Source: Acidimicrobiia bacterium
GTDB taxonomy: Bacteria; Actinomycetota; Acidimicrobiia; Spongiisociales; ZC4RG35
NCBI GenBank assembly: GCA_009377735.1
Contig: WHTL01000002.1
Location: 1-33,867 of the forward strand
Direction of reading: 5' to 3'
Length of the DNA stretch: 33,867 bases
The notes beneath the pieces were generated by a model. It saw only the letters and a program-made list of their open reading frames with translations. It was not told the origin of the DNA and made no database searches. Each line of letters starts with the position of its first letter. Within the stretch, counting starts at the first letter, position 1. Positions 18,524-27,515 of this stretch are shown here, piece after piece. A program made the translations under genes and the position numbers.

Positions 18524-18533
18524 GGAGACGGGT

Positions 18534-19403
18534 CTATATTTTCAGCCGTACCGCTGCGGGGATCACGCTTCCCTCAAACGGGGTGGAGCCCATTGGTTCC
18601 CCGTCGACCTCAACTGGCCAGGGGTCGGCCGTCTCGATGTGGAAGGTGGACGTTCGGGTGCGCCGAACAGCGGGATGAGTGAGGTGGAGGCCCTTTCGAA
18701 TGGGGGCGACCAAGGCGGGAACCTGTCTACGGGTGAGATCGAAGATCTGGAGGTCTACCACCCCGTCCATTGGTGTTGATTTTGGTGCAACATTCCATCC
18801 ACCGCCGAAGAACTGACCATTGGCAACGATCACGGCCAGGGCTTTACCGGTGATGGTGCGGCGATCTGTCTCGATGGTGACCTCGGTAGGCCGAAACCGT
18901 GGTAGGAGAGCTGTAAAGGAGAGAAAGTAGCGAGCAGATCCCACTCCTCGTGGCAGACTTGTTGCTCCTCCCACTGCTGCCGCCAGAATGCCGGTCTGTC
19001 CGACATTGGCCATGTACCTCCCATTTCCGAGCCGGACCACATCGAGTTCGTAGCTGTTATCTCCGTGCAGATGGGCAACCGCACCTTCGATGGTCTGGGG
19101 GATGGCAAAGGTACGGATGGTGTCGACACCCGACCCCGCTGGCAGGATGGCCAGGAGTGGCCGGTCCGTGACATCGAGACCCATGATCGTGTCGACTGCC
19201 AGATTGAAGGTGCCGTCACCACCGACCAGAGCTACCCCTGATCCCTTTTCAGCAGCCTTAAGGATCTCGTTTCTCATCTGGTCAGGTGTTGTGGGTTCTT
19301 CGAGGACGTAGCTGACCTGGGCGTCGCGGAGGACCCGATGGAGTCGATCGGTTCTGACTCGACGTGGACCTGCGGTGGGATTGACCAACACCGTCCAGGT
19401 CAT
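18534..19403 (-). CDS. diacylglycerol kinase-family lipid kinase (YegS/BmrU-like)
   Basis: VALVGGDGTFN and a DAGK catalytic-domain layout. ATGA overlap with the helY stop. Confidence 0.85.
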   Translation of the reverse strand: MTWTVLVNPTAGPRRVRTDRLHRVLRDAQVSYVLEEPTTPDQMRNEILKAAEKGSGVALVGGDGTFNLAVDTIMGLDVTDRPLLAILPAGSGVDTIRTFAIPQTIEGAVAHLHGDNSYELDVVRLGNGRYMANVGQTGILAAAVGGATSLPRGVGSARYFLSFTALLPRFRPTEVTIETDRRTITGKALAVIVANGQFFGGGWNVAPKSTPMDGVVDLQIFDLTRRQVPALVAPIRKGLHLTHPAVRRTRTSTFHIETADPWPVEVDGEPMGSTPFEGSVIPAAVRLKI

Positions 19404-21952
19404 CCCACGCCCTGGGCCGCCACGATATCGCGGTCGATGGCCTTCACTGCCTCCGCCGCGGCCGGTGCCAACTCGGGGGCGGTATCGCGTACCTGTCTGA
19501 GGACGTCGAGAAGTTGACGGGCAACCCTCACGATGTCCCCTGCGGCCATGGGGCCCGGGTCAATCTGATCGAACAGGTAACCCGAGGCCCACTGGTGTGC
19601 GATGACGGCGAAGCCCGGATCGGGTCGTCTGGTGAGCGGCAGCCGTGCGTCCAGCTCGGTTGCCGTTAGATCCTCCCAGATGGACTCGATCGATTCCCAG
19701 GCGGCAGCGCTGGCAGCGGTGGGGAAGATTGGTGGGGACACCTGATCCGATCGCGGTTCGTAGATCAGAGTTGACAGAACCGCCGCCAGGTCGGGGGCGG
19801 AGAGCTCAACGAAGGTGCCATCGCCGAGGGAATGGGCGGCTACAAGGTCCGTCTCCGAGTAGATGGATCGGAGTCTCTCCCCCTCGGCGGTCAACGACCA
19901 GCCTTCGATATAACCCCAGTTGGTGAGGAGTTTCTCGATAGAGCGAAACATCCCCACCAGGTTCTCCGTTCCCCGCTTCTGCTGTTCCTTGACGAGCTGA
20001 TCGATCCGGCGTTGGGTGGATAGAGCACGGCGTGCCCACTGCACGTGGTCATCGGCATCGGGGCATTCGGCCACCGGATGATCGACCTTTCTGCCACTCT
20101 CCGATGACATGCCCTGACCGGCGGGCACCTTGCGAAGGGACCGGAGTACCTGCTGTGCAAACCTCCTCGATCGCGGCTCGAAGGGCCGGGGCAGGTTCAC
20201 TCGCCCGGAGACTTGGAACGATCTGCCCAGATCACGGCGAGAGAGTTCAGTTACCCGACCCTTGGTGGACATCATCAGATGACCGGGGTGTCGCTTCCCC
20301 GACCGATGGGTGAGACGGAGAACGACATACCTGCCAGAACGACGACCATCGGGGATGTCGACCACATCACCCGGATCGAGGAGCACCCGTCCGGAACGCT
20401 CGTCCTCGTGGGAGTCGAGAAGAGCGAGATAGTCAAGGATCGAGCCCCGATCGCAGGTGGCTTGCGACCACTCGTGCTCCAATTCATCGCTGCGACGGTC
20501 GATCACACTTTGCAGCTCGTCTTCGCGGTCATGATGTTGGAAGCTGGCCAGGGAAGCGCCGATGAGCCGGTAAGCCTCGTCACGGTCGTAGTTGGCGACA
20601 AGGTTCGCCGTCATGTTGTAGGTGGGTCTGAAGCTGGAACGTAGCGGATGAGTGCCGGCGGCGGCGATGGACGCCGCCTCGATGAAGTCGACGAACCGGG
20701 TGTGTAACACCACGCCATACCCGTAGTCGTCGATGCCGCGTCTTCCTGCTCGACCGGTGAGTTGGGTGTAGTCACCCGGTTGCAGGAGTGCGTGACCGTC
20801 TCCCACGTACTTCGAGAGCTGCTCCAACACCACCGATCTTGCGGGCATGTTTATGCCGAGTGCCAGGGTTTCGGTGGCGAACACGACCTTGAGGAGTCCC
20901 TGGGTGAAGAGATCCTCCACCGTCTCCTTGTAGGCGGGGATCATTCCTGCATGATGGGCGGCTACACCTGCCTCCAGGGTGGTGACGAACCCGGCGTGAT
21001 CCAGGACACCGAGGTCCTCGTCGGCGAGGTGTGCGGTGCGGATGTCGACGATCTCGCGGATTTGGGCGCGTTGTTCGACGTCAGTGAAGCGGACTCCGGC
21101 GTCGGCAACCCCTCTGGCTGCGGCATCGCACCCCGCCCGGGAGAATATGAAGATGATGGCGGGAAGCATGGAGTGAGATTCCAGCTCCTCAATCAGGTCG
21201 ATGCGTCTTGGAGTGCGATATCTTGTCTTCCGCCCCTGTGTCTCCAGCATTCTGGTGATGCGTCGGTTGGGTGTGCCGTCCGGCCCGAACATCGGTTGCA
21301 ACTCCGTCGAGCGGTTCACCTTGTCGTTTAGGGCGTACAGGGACTCCAGGGGTACGGGGCGGGCTTCCTCGATGATCAGATCGGTTTTCCCCCTCCTCTC
21401 TCTAATCCAGGCCGCGAACTCCTCAGGATTGGCGATAGTGGCCGATAATGCGATCAGTCGTATGTGCTCCGGTGCGTGAATGATTATCTCCTCCCAGACA
21501 GCGCCTCTGGTGCGATCCTGGAGGTAATGCACCTCATCGAGGACCGCCACGCCGACGTCTTCGAGCTGATCGGGGTCGGAGTAGATCATGTTGCGGAACA
21601 CTTCTGTGGTCATGACGAGGATGTCGGCATCGCGGTTGATGACGTTGTCGCCCGTGAGCAGACCAACCCTCCCCTCGCCGTGGCTTGCCGCCAAGTCTCC
21701 GAACTTCTGATTGGACAGAGCCTTGATCGGGGTGGTGTAGAAGATCCTCATCCCCCGCTCCAGGTTGATGTGGATGGCGGCATCGGCGATGAGCGTCTTT
21801 CCGGACCCGGTAGGTGCGGTGACAACCACAGAGCGCTCCTTCTCCACCGAGCGGGCCGCTTCCACTTGGAATTGGTCAGGTTCGAAGGGCAGTGCGTCGA
21901 AGAACTCGGAGAGACTCACTTTCTCAACACCAGACGCACCACCCAGTAGCAC
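19400..21952 (-). CDS. helY: Ski2-like DEAD/DEAH-box RNA helicase HelY
   Basis: APTGSGKT, DEVH, SAT and TETLALGINMPARSV motifs, a long C-terminal DSHCT-like domain, and the position after tatC as in mycobacteria. The tracked ATG at 21952 overlaps tatC by 37 nt. The GTG at 21919 gives a GTGA overlap with the tatC stop and is an equally good start. Confidence 0.9.
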   Translation of the reverse strand: MLLGGASGVEKVSLSEFFDALPFEPDQFQVEAARSVEKERSVVVTAPTGSGKTLIADAAIHINLERGMRIFYTTPIKALSNQKFGDLAASHGEGRVGLLTGDNVINRDADILVMTTEVFRNMIYSDPDQLEDVGVAVLDEVHYLQDRTRGAVWEEIIIHAPEHIRLIALSATIANPEEFAAWIRERRGKTDLIIEEARPVPLESLYALNDKVNRSTELQPMFGPDGTPNRRITRMLETQGRKTRYRTPRRIDLIEELESHSMLPAIIFIFSRAGCDAAARGVADAGVRFTDVEQRAQIREIVDIRTAHLADEDLGVLDHAGFVTTLEAGVAAHHAGMIPAYKETVEDLFTQGLLKVVFATETLALGINMPARSVVLEQLSKYVGDGHALLQPGDYTQLTGRAGRRGIDDYGYGVVLHTRFVDFIEAASIAAAGTHPLRSSFRPTYNMTANLVANYDRDEAYRLIGASLASFQHHDREDELQSVIDRRSDELEHEWSQATCDRGSILDYLALLDSHEDERSGRVLLDPGDVVDIPDGRRSGRYVVLRLTHRSGKRHPGHLMMSTKGRVTELSRRDLGRSFQVSGRVNLPRPFEPRSRRFAQQVLRSLRKVPAGQGMSSESGRKVDHPVAECPDADDHVQWARRALSTQRRIDQLVKEQQKRGTENLVGMFRSIEKLLTNWGYIEGWSLTAEGERLRSIYSETDLVAAHSLGDGTFVELSAPDLAAVLSTLIYEPRSDQVSPPIFPTAASAAAWESIESIWEDLTATELDARLPLTRRPDPGFAVIAHQWASGYLFDQIDPGPMAAGDIVRVARQLLDVLRQVRDTAPELAPAAAEAVKAIDRDIVAAQGVG

Positions 21953-22641
21953 GCCTCATAAAGCAGATAGAGGGGCACGGTGAGCGCAACCAGGGTGAGG
22001 GCGTCACCGGTTGGAGTGATGAGCGCTGCCCCGATGACCATGACTAGGACTGCCCACCGGCGTCCCCGAGCCAGATGCTCGGATCCTATGATCCCCGCCG
22101 CCGCTGCGGCGATGAGGAACACAGGGAAGAGAAAGGTGGCCCCGAAGGCGAGAAGAAATCTGAGGACAAAGGAGTAGTACTCCCCCATCCTTAGGTTGTT
22201 GTCTACGTCACCGAAGATCCCCAGCAGGAAAGCAAGACCACGGGGAAGAACGAGGTACCCAAACACCACCCCACCGACGAACAGAACGACGAGAGCTGCC
22301 ACAACGGGGATGGCCGACCGTCGCTCCTTGCCGGTCAGTGCGGGGAGGATGAATGCCCAGATCTGGTAAAGCACCACCGGACTGGCGATGATGAGACCTC
22401 CGAAGAGCCCGATGCGCATGAGAACGCCCCATTGCTCCCCGGGTGCCAGGGTCTGGAGGGAGGCCTCAGGAGCGGCAGCATGGAATGGCGCCTCGAGAAC
22501 GACCCTGAGCGGATCGGCGAATACGGCGGCGCCAATACCGGCAAGGACCACTGCGATGGAAATCTTGAAGAGTCGGCTCCGCAGTTCGTCAAGGTGTTCG
22601 AGGATCGGCCTCGGATCATCCAGCGGGGACGCCTCGGTCAC
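21916..22641 (-). CDS. tatC: twin-arginine translocase subunit TatC
   Basis: ILEHLDELRSRL start, six hydrophobic helices, typical length, and adjacency to tatA. Confidence 0.92.
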   Translation of the reverse strand: MTEASPLDDPRPILEHLDELRSRLFKISIAVVLAGIGAAVFADPLRVVLEAPFHAAAPEASLQTLAPGEQWGVLMRIGLFGGLIIASPVVLYQIWAFILPALTGKERRSAIPVVAALVVLFVGGVVFGYLVLPRGLAFLLGIFGDVDNNLRMGEYYSFVLRFLLAFGATFLFPVFLIAAAAAGIIGSEHLARGRRWAVLVMVIGAALITPTGDALTLVALTVPLYLLYEACYWVVRLVLRK

Positions 22642-23045
22642 GCTTGGGCGGCCTCTGGGGGATGATCTCCTGGCTTCTCCGCAGAGTCGTCGTCCCCCGT
22701 CTCCGGATCCTCGCCACGCTCGATCCGATCGAGATCTGAAATCGCCTGTTCAGGTCCCGGACCTGACTGGGGTTTGGGGCCGACCCAGTCGAGACGTGAC
22801 ATTCCCACCTCGTCCACCGACTTGCGCAGTTCGCTGCGGATCTCCGAGATCGGCCGACCCGCCTCTTCCGCCAGATCCTTGAGTTCGCTGACTTCCTTCT
22901 CCAAACCCTGGGTGAGGTCGGTTGCAGCGCTTCGCATCTTCTGCGTCCACTCACCGGCCTTACGGGCGAGTATCGGCAGGCGTTCCGGTCCGAGGACGAG
23001 AAGCGCCACGATGAGAATGATGAGTATCTCGCCACCCTGAAGCAT
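22638..23045 (-). CDS. tatA: twin-arginine translocase TatA/TatB-family protein
   Basis: N-terminal TM helix plus hinge, ILIILIVALLVLGPERLPILARKAGEW (the GPxRLP hinge looks TatB-like), and a long charged tail. 135 aa. It could be TatB rather than TatA. Confidence 0.85.
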   Translation of the reverse strand: MLQGGEILIILIVALLVLGPERLPILARKAGEWTQKMRSAATDLTQGLEKEVSELKDLAEEAGRPISEIRSELRKSVDEVGMSRLDWVGPKPQSGPGPEQAISDLDRIERGEDPETGDDDSAEKPGDHPPEAAQA

Positions 23046-23093
23046 TGACCCCGATTGTAGAAGGGGTGGGTCAGCTGGCAGTATCGAGATGGG

Positions 23094-24026
23094 TCACTCA
23101 CCATATCGGGCGAGTATCGCCGAACCCAGCCTGACAACTTCCTCCCTCACCTCATCTCCCTCGACGAGCTTCGCATTCTCTCCCAATCTGAGGAGCAGTC
23201 GTGCCGCCACGCCGGGCTCGGATGTGGCAAAGCGGATCCTGGTTTTCTTCTTGCTCTGTCGGATGATGTCGACCGGGTAGTAGTCGAGCACCCAAAGGGC
23301 ACCCCTCCCGAGATCGATTATGGCGTGGACCGCATCCTCGGTCGGCGTGTAATGAACCTCGGGTTTTGGTGGGCTTTCGGGCGCCTCGAACGTCTCTTCG
23401 TTGATCTCCAGCGAGTTGATCCGATCTACCCGAAAGATCCGCTCCCCCTGGGCCAGACGGCACCAGCCTCTCACATACCAGTTGCCCAGGGAGGTGAACA
23501 CCGACCACGGCTCCACCACCCGTTCCTTGCGTTGGCCGTCGGCAAGGCCCGTATAGACCATCGTCACCGTTTGGGCGTTGGATGCGGCTTCGCTCACGGG
23601 TCCAACAAAATCGGGCTGTGGAGCAACGTCAACATTGATCACCGACTCCGGATCCGGGAGGAGCACCCGTGACAGCTTCTCGATAGCGGAATCGAGATGG
23701 GGATTGCCCAGACCGGAGCCCGACACCGTCATGGCCGAGGCCAACATGGTGAGAGCCTCCGCCGCCGTAGGGCGGGGCGCATTGGCGAAATAGTCGGCCA
23801 TGTCGACAAACACCTCCTCGCCGTCGATATAGGCGTCCATCAGGTCACCAGGGCCATATCCGGGCAACCCACACACCATCACCGTGTTGAGGTCTCGGAG
23901 CAGGTCATCCTCAGCCTCGTAACCGAAGCGGGTACAAACCTCATCAACACTTGCCCCTTCGTTGACGATGAGCCACGGGATCAGGGAGAGAATCCGGGAG
24001 AGACGGGCAGCAGTGCGGTCGGTCAT
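23094..24026 (-). CDS. pafC: PafC, WYL-domain transcriptional regulator
   Basis: An HTH-like N-terminus, a WYL region (GNWYVRGWCRLAQGERIFRVDRI), and the third position in the pafA-pafB-pafC order. ATGA overlap with pafB. Confidence 0.85.
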   Translation of the reverse strand: MTDRTAARLSRILSLIPWLIVNEGASVDEVCTRFGYEAEDDLLRDLNTVMVCGLPGYGPGDLMDAYIDGEEVFVDMADYFANAPRPTAAEALTMLASAMTVSGSGLGNPHLDSAIEKLSRVLLPDPESVINVDVAPQPDFVGPVSEAASNAQTVTMVYTGLADGQRKERVVEPWSVFTSLGNWYVRGWCRLAQGERIFRVDRINSLEINEETFEAPESPPKPEVHYTPTEDAVHAIIDLGRGALWVLDYYPVDIIRQSKKKTRIRFATSEPGVAARLLLRLGENAKLVEGDEVREEVVRLGSAILARYGE

Positions 24027-24946
24027 TCCGTTCCCACTCCCTTGAGCGCTCCCCTGACGCGTTCGATCACTTTGCTACGCAGCTCGGGCGGTTCCAATAC
24101 CTCCGCCTCGGCGCCGAAGCCCGTTATGAATCCGATGAAGGCGTCCTGATTCCCCACCCGCATGGTCGTCTCCAGGGGCTCACCCGGTGTGTGTGGCTCA
24201 TGGAGGATACGAGACGCCCACCATGCCACCTCGGGATCGAAGCGAACCACCGCCGTCTGTTCGGGATCGGAGCCACCCTCCCACGGATGCAGATCCAATT
24301 CGCGACCTGGGTCGAAGTCGACAGGTCGCTCGAATCCACCTGCCGGTCCCACTTTGACGTTCGTCATCCGATCTACCCGAAACACTCTGGTCTCACCTTT
24401 GGCATTGCCCAGCAGATACCAATGCCCTCTGCGTCGAGCGATGGTGTACGGATCGACACGGCGTTCACTCCCCCGGTAGTCGAAACGGAGGCGGCTCTGT
24501 TGGCGGATGGCCTCGAACAACTCAACGGCGTCTTCGATGTCGCCTCCAAGATCGGCACCCAGGGGCTCGCCTCCGCCTTCCCAGGCGATACCACCGAGTT
24601 TGAACAATGCCTCGGGGCCGGCGGGTTGACCACCAACACGAACCACGTTGACGGACAGGGCGAGGGCGGCACGCTCCTCGTCGGTGAGTTCCGGGTCATC
24701 GATGGCGTAGCTGTCCGGATCCAGCACGTAGGCGGGGTCCATCCCATAACTATCGGTGTGGATCTCAAGTCCGATTCCCAAGGAGCGCAGCTGGTCCTTG
24801 TCCCGCTCGAACATGCGATGAAACGCGTCATCGGAGGGGTTGTCATACCCTTTCACCTTGAATCTGATCTCCTCGGCTGTGGCTGGCCGTTCGGTGGTGA
24901 GGAGAAAGGCGAGCAGGTTGAGCAGACGCTCGATCACGTTCTTCAT
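24023..24946 (-). CDS. pafB: PafB, WYL-domain transcriptional regulator
   Basis: Winged-helix N-terminus (ERLLNLLAFLLTTERPATAEEI), a WYL region (GHWYLLGNAKGETRVFRVDRM), and a position immediately after pafA. Confidence 0.85.
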   Translation of the reverse strand: MKNVIERLLNLLAFLLTTERPATAEEIRFKVKGYDNPSDDAFHRMFERDKDQLRSLGIGLEIHTDSYGMDPAYVLDPDSYAIDDPELTDEERAALALSVNVVRVGGQPAGPEALFKLGGIAWEGGGEPLGADLGGDIEDAVELFEAIRQQSRLRFDYRGSERRVDPYTIARRRGHWYLLGNAKGETRVFRVDRMTNVKVGPAGGFERPVDFDPGRELDLHPWEGGSDPEQTAVVRFDPEVAWWASRILHEPHTPGEPLETTMRVGNQDAFIGFITGFGAEAEVLEPPELRSKVIERVRGALKGVGTE

Positions 24947-24982
24947 GTGAGCGAGATTAGGGGATCCGGTGTCAGGTCGTGC

Positions 24983-26341
24983 TCAGAGAGCGGCGATGAG
25001 CTTGTCGACCCGCTCGTCCTCGGCGGCAAAGGGATCCTTGCATAGCACGGTCCGCTGGGCCTGGTCGTTGAGTTTGAGATGGACCCAATCGACTGTGAAG
25101 TCCCTCTTCTTCTCCTTCGCTGCCTTGATGAAGGCACCGCGGAGTCGAGCCCTGGTCGTCTGCGGTGGGTTCTCCATGGCGTCCTTGACCATTTCGTCGC
25201 CGACGACCCGTTCTGCATGTCCGCGACGTTCCAGCAGATGGAACAGACCACGATCGGGATTCACGTCGTGGTAGGAAAGGTCGATCATGGCGAGTCTGGG
25301 ATCGGAGAGGGTGGTGTCGTGGCGGGCCTGGAAGCGATCGATGATGCGACGCTTCATCACCCAGTCCACCTCCCGGTCGAGGCTCATGGGGTCACGCTCC
25401 AATTGGGTTAGGAGGTGCTCCCACATGGATATTGCCTTGTCCAGTTCGGGTGGAAGACCCGGATTACGTGCGTGACGGATGGCGCGGTCGAGATACTCCC
25501 ACTGGATATCGAGAGCGGAGAGCTCCCGACCATTGGCGAGTCGGACGAGTCGTCGGCAGGTTGGATCCTGGGAGATCTCCCTCAGCGCACGGATGGGATT
25601 CTCCAGGGTGACGTCGCGAAACACCGCGTCCCGCTCGATCATGGTGAGAAGTACTGCGATGGTGCCCAACTTCACGAAGGTGGCGTATTCGCTCATGTTC
25701 GAGTCGCCCGCAATGACGTGCAGGCGGCGGTACTTCTCGGCATCGGCGTGGGGTTCGTCGCGAGTGTTGACGATGGGACGGCTCCGGGTGGTTGCCGAGG
25801 AGACCCCCTCCCAGATGTGCTCGGCGCGTTGGGACATCCCGAAGGTGGTACCCCTTGGCCCGGTGCTGAGACGACCGGCACCGAGGAAGATCTGGCGGGT
25901 GACCAGGAATGGCAGCAGTGTTTCCACGATGCGGTTGAAGTTCTTGTTCCTGCTGATCAGGTAGTTCTCATGACAGCCGTAGGAGTTCCCTGCTGAGTCC
26001 ACGTTGTTCTTGAAGAGGAAGACCTCACCCCGGATGCCCTCGTCATCGAGGCGTTGCTCGGCATTGAAGACCAGGTCGGCCAGAATGCGTTCCCCCGCCC
26101 TGTCATGGGCAACCAGATCGAAAAGACTATCGCACTCCGGGGTGGCGTACTCGGGATGACTCCCAACGTCGAGATAGAGACGTGCACCGTTCTCCAAGAA
26201 GACATTGGACGACCGACCCCAGGACACGACCCGTCGGAACAGATAGCGCGCCACCTCGTCAGGGCTGAGCCGCCGCTGCCCAGCGAGGGTGCAGGTGACC
26301 CCGTACTCAGTCTCGATCCCCATGACACGACGATCCATCAT
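24983..26341 (-). CDS. pafA: Pup-protein ligase PafA
   Basis: [10 protein letters not shown]-terminus, [20 protein letters not shown] and SYGCHENYL are carboxylate-amine ligase motifs shared with Dop. 452 aa, lacking the Dop-specific insert. Confidence 0.93.
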   Translation of the reverse strand: MMDRRVMGIETEYGVTCTLAGQRRLSPDEVARYLFRRVVSWGRSSNVFLENGARLYLDVGSHPEYATPECDSLFDLVAHDRAGERILADLVFNAEQRLDDEGIRGEVFLFKNNVDSAGNSYGCHENYLISRNKNFNRIVETLLPFLVTRQIFLGAGRLSTGPRGTTFGMSQRAEHIWEGVSSATTRSRPIVNTRDEPHADAEKYRRLHVIAGDSNMSEYATFVKLGTIAVLLTMIERDAVFRDVTLENPIRALREISQDPTCRRLVRLANGRELSALDIQWEYLDRAIRHARNPGLPPELDKAISMWEHLLTQLERDPMSLDREVDWVMKRRIIDRFQARHDTTLSDPRLAMIDLSYHDVNPDRGLFHLLERRGHAERVVGDEMVKDAMENPPQTTRARLRGAFIKAAKEKKRDFTVDWVHLKLNDQAQRTVLCKDPFAAEDERVDKLIAAL

Positions 26342-26349
26342 CTGTCAGC

Positions 26350-26427
26350 CTAGGCGGTTTCGACCCACTCACGTCGCGCCCCCTCGACGGACCGGTCACC
26401 ACCGGTATCAATGCTGGAGGCGCTCAT
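26350..26427 (-). CDS. candidate 25-aa upstream ORF ahead of pafA
   Basis: The ATG at 26427 is preceded by GGAGG (26438-26442) with a 10-nt spacer. The product is MSASSIDTGGDRSVEGARREWVETA. The TAG stop lies 8 nt before the pafA ATG. About three quarters of third positions are G/C. There is no homology evidence. Confidence 0.25.
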   Translation of the reverse strand: MSASSIDTGGDRSVEGARREWVETA

Positions 26428-26523
26428 CTAAGGTTGACCTCCGGGATCCCAACCACTGGCGCTCACGAGACTACAGAATTCGACCCCGAGGCCGACATCC
26501 CGTCTGAGGAGAATACACGAGCA

Positions 26524-26555
26524 CCTCCCACGTCTCGTAACGAGTACGTGGGAGG
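26524..26555 (-). terminator. strong hairpin terminator after the SLH-like gene
   Basis: A 14-bp stem, CCTCCCACGT+CTCG / CGAG+(t)+ACGTGGGAGG, with a 3-nt loop. It lies 21 nt after the stop at 26577. On the minus strand it is followed by UGCUCGUGUAUUCUCCUC. Confidence 0.6.
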
Positions 26556-26576
26556 CGTCGTCGGGTTCGGTTGGCT

Positions 26577-27311
26577 CTACTCGGTGACCTCGGTAGTTAT
26601 CACCTCCGCCACTGGATGGGCCACCACGTTGATCGAGGAGACAGACTGGCTACCGGTTGCGCTCTCCCGATGGCAACTCAGGTTGACCTGTTCTCCTTCT
26701 CCCAGGGTTCCACCGATCACCCCGGCCATGCTCTCCTGCCCCACAGCGTCGTTGTCAACTTGTGCAACTGCCCGATGCGAGGATGAACCGACACTCAGAT
26801 CACAGACGATTCGTGCTCCGGCGCCGGGGCCGTGGGCGTTGGCATTCCAGCTCGCCGTGACCACGTAGTCGCCTGACGGGAGCCCGTCGAGGGTGGCGAT
26901 GGAGTCGGCCGTTGCGGAGTTGGTTCCGGTGATGTTGACCAGCTCGTCACGGACCGCTTGATATGCGGTACCGGCGATCCCGGCAGTGGCGGCGTGGTCG
27001 GCCTCGGCAGCGGTTTCGGCGGTGATGGCACTGGCGGCGTCGACTACCTGGTTCTCGGCCAAGCGACGCATGAATGAGGCCATCTGCTGTCGCAACACCG
27101 GGTCTCCGGGACAGTACCGATCGTTGTCGGGTGGGTTGCAGCCCAGGGTAACCTCGGCGTCGGCCAGCCAGGTAATGTCGTCGTGGTGGACATTCTCCTC
27201 GGGGACGTCGACGAACCTGTCGGTCGCAATCACTGCGAGCGGAACGGCCACCATTACGGCCAGGACGACGGCGAGTGTCGTCAGACGTTGTCTTCGTTTG
27301 GGCATTGTCAT
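26577..27311 (-). CDS. secreted or membrane-anchored protein with an SLH-like N-terminal domain and a beta-rich C-terminal domain
   Basis: Signal/anchor sequence MTMPKRRQRLTTLAVVLAVMVAVPLAVIA. This is followed by FVDVPEENVHHDDITWLADAEVTLGCNPP...YCPGDPVLRQQMASFMRRL (the F-x-DV...H...I-x-WLA...G...P...V-x-R-x-QMA pattern of SLH-type modules), an Ala/Thr-rich linker, and ATLDGLPSGDYV. GGAGGAGG lies just upstream. The start could be the ATG at 27305. Confidence 0.7.
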   Translation of the reverse strand: MTMPKRRQRLTTLAVVLAVMVAVPLAVIATDRFVDVPEENVHHDDITWLADAEVTLGCNPPDNDRYCPGDPVLRQQMASFMRRLAENQVVDAASAITAETAAEADHAATAGIAGTAYQAVRDELVNITGTNSATADSIATLDGLPSGDYVVTASWNANAHGPGAGARIVCDLSVGSSSHRAVAQVDNDAVGQESMAGVIGGTLGEGEQVNLSCHRESATGSQSVSSINVVAHPVAEVITTEVTE

Positions 27312-27427
27312 GCCTCCTCCTTGTGTCTCCGAGGAAACCCCTGGTGGGCCATCCTCAGAGATAGGAGCACCCGACGTCCTCGGTGATACATGCCCGCCGT
27401 GAAGCCCGCCCTGCCCATAGTCTTCGC

Positions 27428-27453
27428 GGAGACGCGACCCCCTCCGCGTCTCC
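27428..27453 (-). terminator. hairpin downstream of prcA
   Basis: GGAGACGCG-accccctc-CGCGTCTCC (9-bp stem) lies 62 nt after the prcA stop. A small CCCC-cgga-GGGG hairpin is adjacent. There is no U tract. Confidence 0.45.
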
Positions 27454-27515
27454 TCCCCCGGAGGGGCGGGCCCGGTGGTTGCGCTAGGCCCTGCGCCCCC
27501 CTCGACCCGACGGTG

